From Burkholderiales bacterium (GTDB lineage: Bacteria > Pseudomonadota > Gammaproteobacteria > Burkholderiales > Burkholderiaceae_C), in the NCBI GenBank assembly GCA_016000265.1, contig JAECRL010000013.1, positions 7,387 through 71,386 on the forward strand: 64,000 bases of DNA, in the 5' to 3' direction. Shown here in pieces: positions 15,456-24,470 of the stretch. A model generated the notes under the pieces. The model was given only the letters and a program-made list of their open reading frames with translations, had not been told where the DNA came from and did not search any database. Each line of letters opens with the position of its first letter. Positions within the stretch are counted from its first letter, which is position 1. The translations under genes were made by a program, and so were the position numbers.

Positions 15456-17966
15456 ATGAAAATCATCGTTGTTGGCCACGGCATGGTCGGCCACCAGTTC
15501 CTCGACAGCCTGGCTGCGACCGGCTTGACGGGCTGCGAGGTCACCGTCCTGTGCGAAGAGGTCCGCCCCGCCTACGACCGCGTGCACCTCTCCGAATTCT
15601 TCGCCGGCAAGAGCGCCGAGGACCTGTCCCTGGTCGAGCCGGGCTTTTTCGAGCGCACCGGCTTCGACCTGCGCCTGGCCGCCCGCGCCGCCAGCGTCGA
15701 CCGGCGCACCAAAACGGTCACCACCACCGACGGCGAACAACTGAGCTACGACAAGCTGGTGCTGGCCACCGGCTCCAACCCCTTCGTGCCCCCGGTGCCG
15801 GGCCGCGACCGCCCGCACTGCTTCGTCTACCGCACCATCGAAGACCTCGAGCGCATGCAGGCCTCGGGCGCGAAGTCCCGCACCGGCGTGGTCGTCGGTG
15901 GCGGCCTGCTGGGCCTGGAGTGCGCCAAGGCGCTGCGCGACATGGGCCTGGAAACCCACGTCGTCGAGTTCGCCCCGCGCCTGATGGCGGTGCAGGTCGA
16001 CGAAGGCGGTGGCCGCATCCTGCGCAGCAAGATCGAAGAGCTGGGCGTGCAGGTGCACACCGGGCGCAACACGCTGGAGATCGTCGACGGCCGCGAGGCC
16101 CGCCACCGCATGGTGTTCGCCGACGGCTCCCACCTGGAGACCGACATGATCGTGTTCTCCGCCGGCATCCGCCCGCGCGACGAGCTCGCCCGCCAGAGCG
16201 TGCTGGCCGTGGGCGCGCGCGGCGGCATCGCCATCGACAACCACTGCCGCACCAGCGACCACGACGTCTACGCCATCGGCGAGTGCGCGGCCTGGCACGA
16301 CCAGACCTTCGGCCTGGTGGCACCGGGCTACGACATGGCCCGCGTGGCCGCCAAACACATCGCGGGCAACAGCGAAGCGGCTTTCACGGGCGCCGACATG
16401 AGCACCAAGCTCAAGCTGATGGGGGTGGACGTGGCCAGCATCGGCGACGCCCACGGCAAGGCCCCGGGCTGCCGCAGCTACCAGTACGTCAACGAGGGCA
16501 AGCAGGTCTACAAGAAGATCGTGACCAGCGCGGACGGCAAGACCCTGCTGGGCGCCGTGCTGGTGGGCAACGCCGACGAATACGGCGACCTGCTGCAGAT
16601 GGCGCTCAACGGCATCGCCCTGCCCGAGGACCCCGAGTTCCTCATCCTGCCCAGCAGCGACGGCCAGGCCAAGCCCGGCCTGGGCGTGGACGCCCTGCCC
16701 GACAGCGCCCAGATCTGCTCGTGCAACAGCGTGAGCAAGGGCCAGATCTGCGCGGCCGTGGGCGAAGGCGCCACCGACATCGCCAAACTCAAGGCATGCA
16801 CCAAGGCGGGCGCGACCTGCGGCGGCTGCGTGCCCCTGGTCACCCAGGTGATGAAGGCCGAGATGGCCAAACGCGGCATGGCGGTCAACAACCACCTGTG
16901 CGAGCACTTCGCTTACTCGCGTCAGGAGCTGTTCCACCTCATCCGAGTCGGCCAGATCAAGACCTTCGACGAGCTGCTGACCCAACACGGCAAGGGCCTG
17001 GGCTGCGACGTCTGCAAGCCCACGGCGGCCAGCGTGCTGGCGTCGGTGTGGAACGACTTCGTGCTCAAGAAGGACCTCGCCAGCCTGCAAGACAGCAACG
17101 ACTACTACCTGGGCAACATCCAGAAAGACGGCAGCTACTCGGTGGTGCCGCGCATGCCCGGTGGCGAGGTCACGCCCGACGGCCTGATCGCCGTGGGCCA
17201 GGTCGCCAAGAAGTACGGCCTCTACACCAAGGTCACGGGCGGCGCGCGGGTCGACATGTTCGGCGCCCGCGTCGAGCAGCTGCCGCTGATCTGGGAGGAG
17301 CTCATCGCCGCGGGCTTCGAGTCGGGCCACGCGTACGGCAAGTCGCTGCGCACGGTCAAGAGCTGCGTGGGCAGCACCTGGTGCCGCTACGGCGTGGGCG
17401 ACAGCGTGGGCCTGGCCGTGGAGCTGGAGAACCGCTACAAGGGCCTGCGCGCGCCGCACAAGATCAAGTTCGGTGTCTCGGGCTGCACGCGTGAATGCGC
17501 CGAAGCGCAAGGCAAGGACATCGGCGTGATCGCCACCGAGAAGGGCTGGAACCTGTACGTGTGCGGCAACGGCGGCATGAAGCCCCGCCACGCCGAGCTG
17601 TTCGCCTCCGACCTGAGCAAGGACGAGCTCATCCGCCTGATCGACCGCGTGCTGATGTTCTACGTGCGCACCGCCGACCGCCTGCAGCGCACCAGCACCT
17701 GGCGCGACAACCTCGAAGGCGGCCTGGCCTACCTGCAGGGCGTGATCCTCAACGACAGCCTGGGCCTCAACGCCGAGCTCGAAGCGCAGATGCAGCACGT
17801 GGTCAACACCTACCAGTGCGAGTGGAAGACCGCCGTGACCACGCCCGAGGTGCGCCAGCGCTTCCGCAGCTTCGTCAACAGCGACCAGGCCGACGAGCAC
17901 ATCGTGTTCGTGGAAGAGCGCGGCCAGATCCGCCCGGCCCGAGCCGAAGAACGCACGACCGCCTGA
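15456..17966 (+). CDS. nirB: Assimilatory NAD(P)H nitrite reductase large subunit
   Basis: MKIIVVGHGMVG, GGGLLGLE, CSCN...CGGC BFD domains, KSCVGSTWCRYG and SGCTRECAEAQ siroheme/4Fe-4S motifs; AGGAG RBS. Confidence 0.97.
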   Translation: MKIIVVGHGMVGHQFLDSLAATGLTGCEVTVLCEEVRPAYDRVHLSEFFAGKSAEDLSLVEPGFFERTGFDLRLAARAASVDRRTKTVTTTDGEQLSYDKLVLATGSNPFVPPVPGRDRPHCFVYRTIEDLERMQASGAKSRTGVVVGGGLLGLECAKALRDMGLETHVVEFAPRLMAVQVDEGGGRILRSKIEELGVQVHTGRNTLEIVDGREARHRMVFADGSHLETDMIVFSAGIRPRDELARQSVLAVGARGGIAIDNHCRTSDHDVYAIGECAAWHDQTFGLVAPGYDMARVAAKHIAGNSEAAFTGADMSTKLKLMGVDVASIGDAHGKAPGCRSYQYVNEGKQVYKKIVTSADGKTLLGAVLVGNADEYGDLLQMALNGIALPEDPEFLILPSSDGQAKPGLGVDALPDSAQICSCNSVSKGQICAAVGEGATDIAKLKACTKAGATCGGCVPLVTQVMKAEMAKRGMAVNNHLCEHFAYSRQELFHLIRVGQIKTFDELLTQHGKGLGCDVCKPTAASVLASVWNDFVLKKDLASLQDSNDYYLGNIQKDGSYSVVPRMPGGEVTPDGLIAVGQVAKKYGLYTKVTGGARVDMFGARVEQLPLIWEELIAAGFESGHAYGKSLRTVKSCVGSTWCRYGVGDSVGLAVELENRYKGLRAPHKIKFGVSGCTRECAEAQGKDIGVIATEKGWNLYVCGNGGMKPRHAELFASDLSKDELIRLIDRVLMFYVRTADRLQRTSTWRDNLEGGLAYLQGVILNDSLGLNAELEAQMQHVVNTYQCEWKTAVTTPEVRQRFRSFVNSDQADEHIVFVEERGQIRPARAEERTTA

Positions 17967-17989
17967 GCCCCGCTGCAAGGAGACCCCAC

Positions 17990-18358
17990 ATGAGCCACGC
18001 CGCCCCCCACGCTGCCTCCACGTCGACGTCGACCTGGACCCCCGTCTGCGCCGCCGACGACATCCTGCCCAACACCGGCGTTTGCGCCCGCATCGAGGGC
18101 ACCCACGTCGCCATCTTCCGAGTTGGCGCGGACCGCTTCTTTGCCATCGACAACGTCGACCCCAAATCGGGCGCCAGCGTGCTCTCGCGTGGCCTGGTGG
18201 GCAGCCTGGGCGAGCGCATCGTGGTCGCCTCGCCGCTCTACAAGCAGCACATCGACCTGCGCACCGGCGAGTGCGTGGAGTCGCCCGAGCTGTCGGTGCG
18301 CGCGCACGCGTTGCGCATCGAGGCCGGTCGGGTGCAGGTTCAACTGAGCCGGGGCTGA
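17990..18358 (+). CDS. nirD: Nitrite reductase small subunit
   Basis: WTPVC...ILPNTGVCA...VAIFR...DNVDPKSGASVLSRGLVG...VASPLYKQH; AAGGAG RBS. Confidence 0.95.
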   Translation: MSHAAPHAASTSTSTWTPVCAADDILPNTGVCARIEGTHVAIFRVGADRFFAIDNVDPKSGASVLSRGLVGSLGERIVVASPLYKQHIDLRTGECVESPELSVRAHALRIEAGRVQVQLSRG

Positions 18359-18472
18359 GGGCGCATGCCTGCGGGCGGCGGCGGGCAAACGGGGGAAAAT
18401 GAGGCTGGCGGGGCGCGTCCCCTGCCGCTTGACCCCGTCGACTCCCCCCACCGCTCGCACCGTCGCCCGCCC

Positions 18473-19810
18473 ATGCCCCTGTCCGTCTCCAGCCTCGTCC
18501 TGCGCGCCAAGGAGCTTGAGCTCGAAGCCCTGCACCACCTCGCCGCCCGCGTCGAGCTCGCCGACGTCATCGGACAGCTCATCCACGCGCTGCAGCGCGA
18601 GCGAGGCGCCACCAGCGTGCACCTCGCCTCGGGCGGGCAGCGCTTCGCCGCCGAGCGGCTGGCTGCGCTGGACGAGGCCGTGCGCATCGAGGCCCGCCTG
18701 CGTGAGCTCTTCGAGGTGCAACGGGGGCCGCAACATGGCGCCAACGCGCGCACCCTGTCGCTGATGGCTTGGGTGCTGCTCGACCTGGACGCGCTGTCGG
18801 GCGGGGGAGAAGGCGGGGGGGAAGGCGGGGGAGCGGAAAAGGGCACCGCCCCCGGCCTGCGCGCGCGCATCGAACAACGCAGCCCCACCGCGCACGAGGC
18901 CGTGGCCGCCTTCAGCCGCCTGATCGCCGGCCTGCTGGAGCTGCTCTTTCACGTCGCCGACGCGTCGCGGCACCCCGGCATCGCGCGCCTGCTGGTGGCC
19001 TTCGTGCACCTGGCGCAGGGCAAGGAAGCGGCCGGGCAGGAGCGCGCCGTCGGGGCCCAACTGTTTGCCTCCGGCCAGTGCGACGAGGCCGAGCAGCAAC
19101 GCGTGGTGCACCTCATCGACGCGCAGGAGCGCAGCCTGGTCACCTTCGAGGAGTTCACCGACCCCACCTTGCGCGCGCGCTGGCAGCAGCTGCAGCTCAC
19201 GCCCGAGGTCGCGCAACTGGAGCGCCTGCGCCGCACCCTGTGCACGGCGCGCCCGCCCGCGCGGCTGGACACCGCGCTCAGCGAAGCCTGGTTCGCGCTG
19301 ACCAGCGCGCGCATCGGCGAGATGGAGCAGATGCTGGCCGCGCTGGTGCACGCGCTGCGACACGACTGCCGCGAACAGATCCGCGCCACCGAGCAGGACC
19401 TGCTGGACTCCGAGGGCCTGCTGCAACGCCTGCGCGACAACCCGCCTGGCCACCCCGGCGCGGTCGACCGCTTCTTCCAGGACGGCCAGCCCCACGCTGG
19501 CGCTCCCGTGCTGTCGGCCTTGCCACAAGGCGAGGCGCAGGCCGCCACGTGGGTGCAGCTGCTGCAAGACCAGTCAAGCCGGCTGGCCCGCATGGAGGCG
19601 GAGCTGGAGGGGGCGCAGCGGGCCCTGCAGGAGCGCAAGGTCATCGAGCGGGCCAAGGGCGCCTTGATGTCGAAGCTGGGCCTCAGCGAAGAAGAAGCCT
19701 TGCGCACCCTGCAGAAGGCCTCGATGGACCAGAACCGCCGCCTGCTGGACGTGGCCCAGGCCACGCTGGCCTTGCCCGACCTGGCGTTCGCTGCGGCGCA
19801 GCGGGGCTGA
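18473..19810 (+). CDS. nasR: Nitrate/nitrite-sensing antiterminator (NIT + ANTAR)
   Basis: LIHALQRERGAT, QGKEAAGQERAVG NIT motifs; C-terminal ERKVIERAKGALM...EEEALRTLQKASMDQNRRL ANTAR. Confidence 0.88.
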   Translation: MPLSVSSLVLRAKELELEALHHLAARVELADVIGQLIHALQRERGATSVHLASGGQRFAAERLAALDEAVRIEARLRELFEVQRGPQHGANARTLSLMAWVLLDLDALSGGGEGGGEGGGAEKGTAPGLRARIEQRSPTAHEAVAAFSRLIAGLLELLFHVADASRHPGIARLLVAFVHLAQGKEAAGQERAVGAQLFASGQCDEAEQQRVVHLIDAQERSLVTFEEFTDPTLRARWQQLQLTPEVAQLERLRRTLCTARPPARLDTALSEAWFALTSARIGEMEQMLAALVHALRHDCREQIRATEQDLLDSEGLLQRLRDNPPGHPGAVDRFFQDGQPHAGAPVLSALPQGEAQAATWVQLLQDQSSRLARMEAELEGAQRALQERKVIERAKGALMSKLGLSEEEALRTLQKASMDQNRRLLDVAQATLALPDLAFAAAQRG

Positions 19811-19814
19811 GGGG

Positions 19815-20648
19815 TCAGCCAGCCTGCGCCCGATGCCGCTTCAACCACGCCGACGGCGAAAGACCGACGTGGCGAGAAAAGGCCCGCGTGAACGCGCTGG
19901 CGCTGCCATACCCCACCTCCAGGGCCGCCAGCCTCATCGGGCGCCCCGCCCGCAACAACCCTTGCGCCACGGTGACGCGCCAGGCAGCCAGGTGCTCACC
20001 CGGGGTGCAGCCCACCACCGCCCGGAAGCGCACGGCGAACCGAGCACGCGACATGCCCGCGTGCTCGGCCATCGCCTCCAGCCCCCAGTCCACCTCGGGT
20101 CGCTCATGCATCGCAACGAGCGCCTTCGAAAGCCGGGGGTCGGCCAGGCCCGCCAGCGTGCCGCCCTGCGTGAGGCCCCGGTCCATGCAGTGCCGAAGGA
20201 GCCGGATCAACAAGACCTCGCACAGGCGATCCAGCGCCGCCTGACGCCCGCTCAGGGGCGTGAAAGCCTCCTCGTCCAGCAAAGCCAGCAAGGCCGCTGA
20301 ACCCGGCAGGTCCGCCAACCGAATCTGCACCACGCTGGGGAGCGAATCGGAGATGGGGTTGGCGCCCCCCACGCCAAAACGGATGTTGGCGCACACCACG
20401 TCCGCGCCCTCGTGCTCGCCCGTGATCAGCTGGTGGGCCTCCGGGCGGGGCATGAACACCAAGGTGGGCTCGTCGATGAGCAGGCCACCTGGCTCGCCCC
20501 CGCTCAAACGCGCCGGCCCCCGTTTGATCAGGTGAACGTGACCGCACCAGGCGTCGCGCTCGAAATGGTGAACCCCGCAGATCCGCCCGACGTGGAAGAC
20601 CCCCGCCTGAATGGCAAAGCGTTGCAACAACAGGGAGAGCCGGTCCAT
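19815..20648 (-). CDS. AraC family regulator with Cupin_6 domain, RclR-like (copy 2)
   Basis: MDRLSLLLQRF, GRICG, DVVCA; C-terminal AraC HTHs (GMSRARF, VGYGSASAFTRAF). Confidence 0.85.
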   Translation of the reverse strand: MDRLSLLLQRFAIQAGVFHVGRICGVHHFERDAWCGHVHLIKRGPARLSGGEPGGLLIDEPTLVFMPRPEAHQLITGEHEGADVVCANIRFGVGGANPISDSLPSVVQIRLADLPGSAALLALLDEEAFTPLSGRQAALDRLCEVLLIRLLRHCMDRGLTQGGTLAGLADPRLSKALVAMHERPEVDWGLEAMAEHAGMSRARFAVRFRAVVGCTPGEHLAAWRVTVAQGLLRAGRPMRLAALEVGYGSASAFTRAFSRHVGLSPSAWLKRHRAQAG

Positions 20649-20657
20649 GGGTGAAAT

Positions 20658-20684
20658 CGAAACGCCTGATCAACTGAACGATAC
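20658..20684. promoter_or_regulatory. Putative AraC tandem binding site
   Basis: CGAAAC (20658) and CGATAC (20679), 21-bp period, same placement relative to the regulator start as at 7920. Confidence 0.4.
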
Positions 20685-20751
20685 CAAAGAACACCCAAGG
20701 TTTCGCGCTTCGGCTCAAAGTTCAGGGACACCCCAACCCCAAGGAGCCCCC

Positions 20752-21324
20752 ATGCCCCCCCGTCCCTACCTCAACACCCTCCACGCGGTCTGCGCAGGCT
20801 CAGCCACCCCGGCCCAGCAAGCCCTGCTCGATCAAGCCCGGCAGCAAGTGGGCTTCATCCCCAACATGTACGCCAACATGGTCAACGAGCCCGCCGTCCT
20901 GAGCACCTACCTCCACGGCTACAGCCTGTTTCGACAGCAGTCCGGCTTGTCGTCCGCCGAGCAGGAGGTGACCTTCCTGGCCATCAGCCGGGCCAACGGC
21001 TGCGACTACTGCACCGCCGCGCACAGCATGATCGCGGACCGGGTCTCGAAGGTGCCCCCCGCCACCTTGGCGGCGATCCGCCAGGGACACGCCATCCCGG
21101 ATGCCCGCCTGGCCGCCCTGCACGCCCTGGCCACCGAGATGGCGTCGACCCAAGGCCGTCCCACCACCGCCACCCTGGCGGCCTTCCTGAACGCGGGGTT
21201 CGAAGAGCGTCACATCCTGCACGTCATCCTGGCCACGGCCGTCAAGGCGCTCAGCAACTTCTCCAACCACGCGTTCGCAACGACGCTGGACGAGCGCTTT
21301 GCGGCCCACGCCATGCCGACCTGA
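20752..21324 (+). CDS. AhpD/CMD family peroxidase-like protein (copy 2)
   Basis: GFIPNMYANM, EQEVTFLAISRANGCDYCTAAH; AAGGAG RBS. Confidence 0.88.
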   Translation: MPPRPYLNTLHAVCAGSATPAQQALLDQARQQVGFIPNMYANMVNEPAVLSTYLHGYSLFRQQSGLSSAEQEVTFLAISRANGCDYCTAAHSMIADRVSKVPPATLAAIRQGHAIPDARLAALHALATEMASTQGRPTTATLAAFLNAGFEERHILHVILATAVKALSNFSNHAFATTLDERFAAHAMPT

Positions 21325-21394
21325 GGTCGACGTGTCAGGTTTTCCAGGCCTGGGCCGACTGAGTCCAGGTCACCTCCCACCACAGGACCTCACC

Positions 21395-21772
21395 ATGCTC
21401 AAAACCCTGTTGATCTCTGCCCTGACCTTCGCGGCCTCCCAGGCCTTCGCCCTGAACATCACGCCGTACAGCGCCGAGGCGCTGAAGTCCGCCCAGGCCG
21501 CCGGCAAGCCCGTGGCGCTGCACTTCCACGCCAACTGGTGCAGCACCTGCCGCACCCAGGAGCGGGCCTTTCTGGGCATGAAGGGGGCCCCGGCGCTCAA
21601 AGACGTCACCCTGTTCGTCGTCGACCACGACAAGGAAAAAGCCCTCAGGCAGGCACTGAAGGTGCGCAGCCAGTCCACCCTCATCGTCTACCAGGGCAGC
21701 CAGCAGACGGCCTTCGTCGCCGGCGAAACCGACCCCGCTGCCTTGCAAGCCGCCCTGAAGTCGGCCCTCTGA
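21395..21772 (+). CDS. Exported thioredoxin
   Basis: Signal peptide ending AFA; FHANWCSTC motif. Confidence 0.85.
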   Translation: MLKTLLISALTFAASQAFALNITPYSAEALKSAQAAGKPVALHFHANWCSTCRTQERAFLGMKGAPALKDVTLFVVDHDKEKALRQALKVRSQSTLIVYQGSQQTAFVAGETDPAALQAALKSAL

Positions 21773-21783
21773 GGAGCGCCCCC

Positions 21784-22518
21784 ATGTCCACCTCCTTGTC
21801 CCTGACGCAACTGGGCCTGAGCCTGGCTGCGGGCGGCCTGACCACGCTGTCCCCTTGTGTCCTGCCGCTGCTGCCGCTGGTGGTGGGCGGCGCCACCCAG
21901 CGCAACCGGCTGGCGCCCGTGGCCATGGGCGTGGGCATGGCCTCGGCCTTTGCCCTGATCGGCGTGGCGGTGGGCGCGCTGGGCCCGGTGCTCGGACTGG
22001 ACACCGACCACGTGCGCACCTTCGGCGCGGTGCTGCTGATCCTGCTGGCCGCGGTGTTCTGGGTCCCCGCCTGGGGCGAGCGCTTCGCGCAGTGGGCCAT
22101 GCCCCTGGCGACGTCGGCTCAGAACGCCAGCGCCGACCTGGACGCCGGCTCCCTCCAAGGCGCCTTCCTGCTGGGCGGTGTGCTGGGGCTGGTGTGGAGC
22201 CCGTGCTCCGGTCCGCTGCTGGCCTCGGCCCTGGCGCTGGTGGTCAGTGAAGGCGGGGCGGTGTCGGGCGCCATCCTGCTCGGTGCCTTCGGTGTGGGCG
22301 CGGCGCTGCCGCTGGTGGGCGTTGCGTACGCTTCGCGCTCCGGGTTCGAACGCTGGCGCGACCGCGCGCTGCGCAGCATGGACGGCGTCAAAAAGGGCTT
22401 CGGTGCCCTGCTGGGCCTGGCCGGGGTGGCCATCCTCATGGGGTGGGACAAGGCCCTGGAAGCGTGGGCCCTCGACCACCTGCCCGAGGCCTGGACCGGC
22501 TTGAGCAGCATGATCTGA
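21784..22518 (+). CDS. CcdA/DsbD-type transmembrane thiol-disulfide electron transporter
   Basis: LSPCVLPLLP and WSPCSGPLL redox Cys motifs; multi-TM. Confidence 0.88.
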   Translation: MSTSLSLTQLGLSLAAGGLTTLSPCVLPLLPLVVGGATQRNRLAPVAMGVGMASAFALIGVAVGALGPVLGLDTDHVRTFGAVLLILLAAVFWVPAWGERFAQWAMPLATSAQNASADLDAGSLQGAFLLGGVLGLVWSPCSGPLLASALALVVSEGGAVSGAILLGAFGVGAALPLVGVAYASRSGFERWRDRALRSMDGVKKGFGALLGLAGVAILMGWDKALEAWALDHLPEAWTGLSSMI

Positions 22519-22536
22519 GGGCGCTCACGGGCCATG

Positions 22537-22568
22537 AAAAAAGGGCCATCCGTTGACCGGATGGCCCT
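22537..22568 (-). terminator. Rho-independent terminator for the minus-strand micropeptide gene (possibly bidirectional)
   Basis: Perfect 11-bp stem AGGGCCATCCG/CGGATGGCCCT with an A6 tract on the left. Confidence 0.75.
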
Positions 22569-22597
22569 CGCGTTTTCACGCTGCGGTCAAGGCCGCA

Positions 22598-22729
22598 TCA
22601 GTTCAGGCAGCAGGCCAGTTGCGCCAGCCAGCAAGCCAGGTCGGCACAGCAGGCATCGGAGGCCCAGGCGGCGGCACTCAGGCTCATCAGCCCGAATGCG
22701 GCGAAGACCCTCGTCGATTTTTTGCTCAT
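22598..22729 (-). CDS. Cys-rich secreted micropeptide (43 aa, missing from ORF track)
   Basis: MSKKSTRVFAAFGLMSLSAAAWA-SDACCADLACWLAQLACCLN*; AGGAG RBS 8 nt upstream, signal peptide and own terminator. Confidence 0.8.
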   Translation of the reverse strand: MSKKSTRVFAAFGLMSLSAAAWASDACCADLACWLAQLACCLN

Positions 22730-22807
22730 GTTGCAAGCTCCTGGTGAGGTGTCAAAGGACCGGTTGTGCGCAGGCCCTTTGCCTGCGCGGCTTCGAGGCT
22801 TGCGCGC

Positions 22808-22828
22808 TCAGTTCGATCCATCCACAGC
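22808..22828 (-). pseudogene. Displaced original 3' tail of lipA (AVDGSN-stop)
   Basis: GCT GTG GAT GGA TCG AAC TGA continues lipA in frame if 22829-25185 is removed. Confidence 0.75.
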
Positions 22829-22835
22829 TGTGAAA

Positions 22836-22921
22836 GTCTCGCTCAATGGGAGAAAAATCGGGCTGGTTGGGGCGATTTGTCTCGGAGCGGGAGAAAACAG
22901 TCTCGCACTGGAAGGAAAAAA
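22836..22921 (+). repeat. Left-end array of putative transposase-binding repeats
   Basis: GTCTCG at 22836, 22879, 22900, each followed by a GGAGAAAA-like tract (spacing 43 and 21 bp). Confidence 0.75.
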
Positions 22922-23051
22922 CCAGCCAGCCGACTGATCGCGAGCCATGCCCCAATGCCCCCAACTTTGACCAGACGCCGCGCAATCAGCCTCCGTGTTG
23001 CCGCTCATTTGGCGGAGCCCTCCACGATCCACAATGCAAACGCGATCCGTG

Positions 23052-24172
23052 TCAGCTACCGCTCGGATCAGGCGATGATCTTGCAGCTTCAGCCAAGCTC
23101 ATCTGGGCGAATGGTCCGTACAGTTTGATGTCCAGGGCTTCTTGATCGACCGCACGGGTCTCGCAAGAGGCCGCGAGGGCGTCTAGCAAGCTATCGCCTG
23201 TTCGTGTCCAAGCTGTCTGCAAAGCCTTGCCGCTGAGGCCGATGTAGGGATGCGATGAATCACGCTCAAACGTGGGAAGCAAGAGGGCCACCTATACGTA
23301 CTGAACCGGTCAAGGAGCCCGACCAAGACTACCAATGCCGCACTGATGCCTCTTTGGCGCTGGACCGCACCATTCGCCCTCTCTCTAGCATCGATCTGCT
23401 CAGGGTTAGCCTTCCCGCTGAGTTCAAGCCCCGTCGCAATCTGTAACTCGGCGCATTCGCCTGCCACGAACTTATGGGGATCAACAGCTGGGCAGTCGGT
23501 GACAGTAAGCTCAAAATCGTCGAGGTCGATTGCCTCTTCCACGGGAACATCAAGCTGCGCGCGAAGCTTTGCTTCGATGTCCTTCTTGGCAGCTTCCGGC
23601 AGCGCGGCCAGGGAGACGCTACTGACCATCACCGTTCCGCCTGCGGCCTTGGGGACTTCGAAGGATGCGTCTGACGCAAAGACGAGGCCCGCCTTTGCAA
23701 GGTCCGAGAACCGGCGGCGATGGACGTACAACTTTGCAAGAATCGACGGTTTTACCTTTTTGGGTTTGGATTTCTTGCCCGTTTTACCCTTGCCTGCGGC
23801 TGGCGCGGTTGCTGGGTCGGCATGGCTGTCAGCGGCAGGGTCGTTCACCGCCTCGTCTTCTGGCTTGTCTGCCTTCAGCAAGCTCGGTAGCGTCCACTTG
23901 AGGGCCGACTCGTTTTTCTTCAGTTGGACGAACCGAACCGTCGTCGGGTCGGTAGAGGAATTCAGAAGAGCAATGTCCTGCTGCCACTCAAGGACGACGG
24001 CATAGTCGCCCGGATTTCGGTGCGCTCGCAGTGCCTCCAGCACTGCGAGCCACACCTGAAAGCTGAAGCCCTTGATGGCATGCCTACCGCCGGTCTCGTC
24101 GCCCTCGAAGTCATGGAAAAGGTCCGTGAGGACCTTCTGCAGCGGTGGTTCCGTCAACGTATTTGCTGTCAT
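23052..24172 (-). pseudogene. Cap4/DUF4297-type PD-(D/E)xK dsDNA nuclease, probably frameshifted near 23290
   Basis: G35-FSF-Q39, E62-WQQ-D66, Q83-L-K85 motifs; main ORF 23183-24172; protein-like frame 23052-23291 joins after a single-base shift at TAT AGG TGG; AT-richer than host. Confidence 0.7.
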
Positions 24173-24470
24173 CAAGCGTCTGGTGCGTGCACAAAACAAC
24201 GGAAAGGCCTGTGTCTCGCGAAATCCCTACTGCATGCGAGCATTGAGTCGTGAAGGATCAATACATCCGAAATATTAGGTATGTAGACTCAACAGTAGCG
24301 ATTATCGCGCCAATTTTTTCGCTAAAGGGTGCCCACAGGGCTGGTCACTGCAGCCCTTCTCATTGCGAATTGTTGATCGACCGCTGCGTGCAATAGCCGT
24401 CGCTGGTCAACCCATGGTTCAGCGTCTGCAATCAGCCTAAAGCTGACCGATGCCCGCGCCCCACCCTACC

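Noticed and set aside
22752-22985. NQPDFSPIERDF resembles the IS630 transposase motif YSPDFNPIE
   Set aside because: It falls within the non-coding repeat array of the element end; no other DDE motif or continuous frame supports it
23052-24172. Complete Lamassu, CBASS or Avs defence system
   Set aside because: No SMC, CD-NTase or STAND partner fits in the remaining sequence; only the effector domain is seen
24245-24291. Imperfect inverted repeat TGAGTC...GACTCA upstream of the nuclease
   Set aside because: Short arms, irregular inner pairing, no associated regulator
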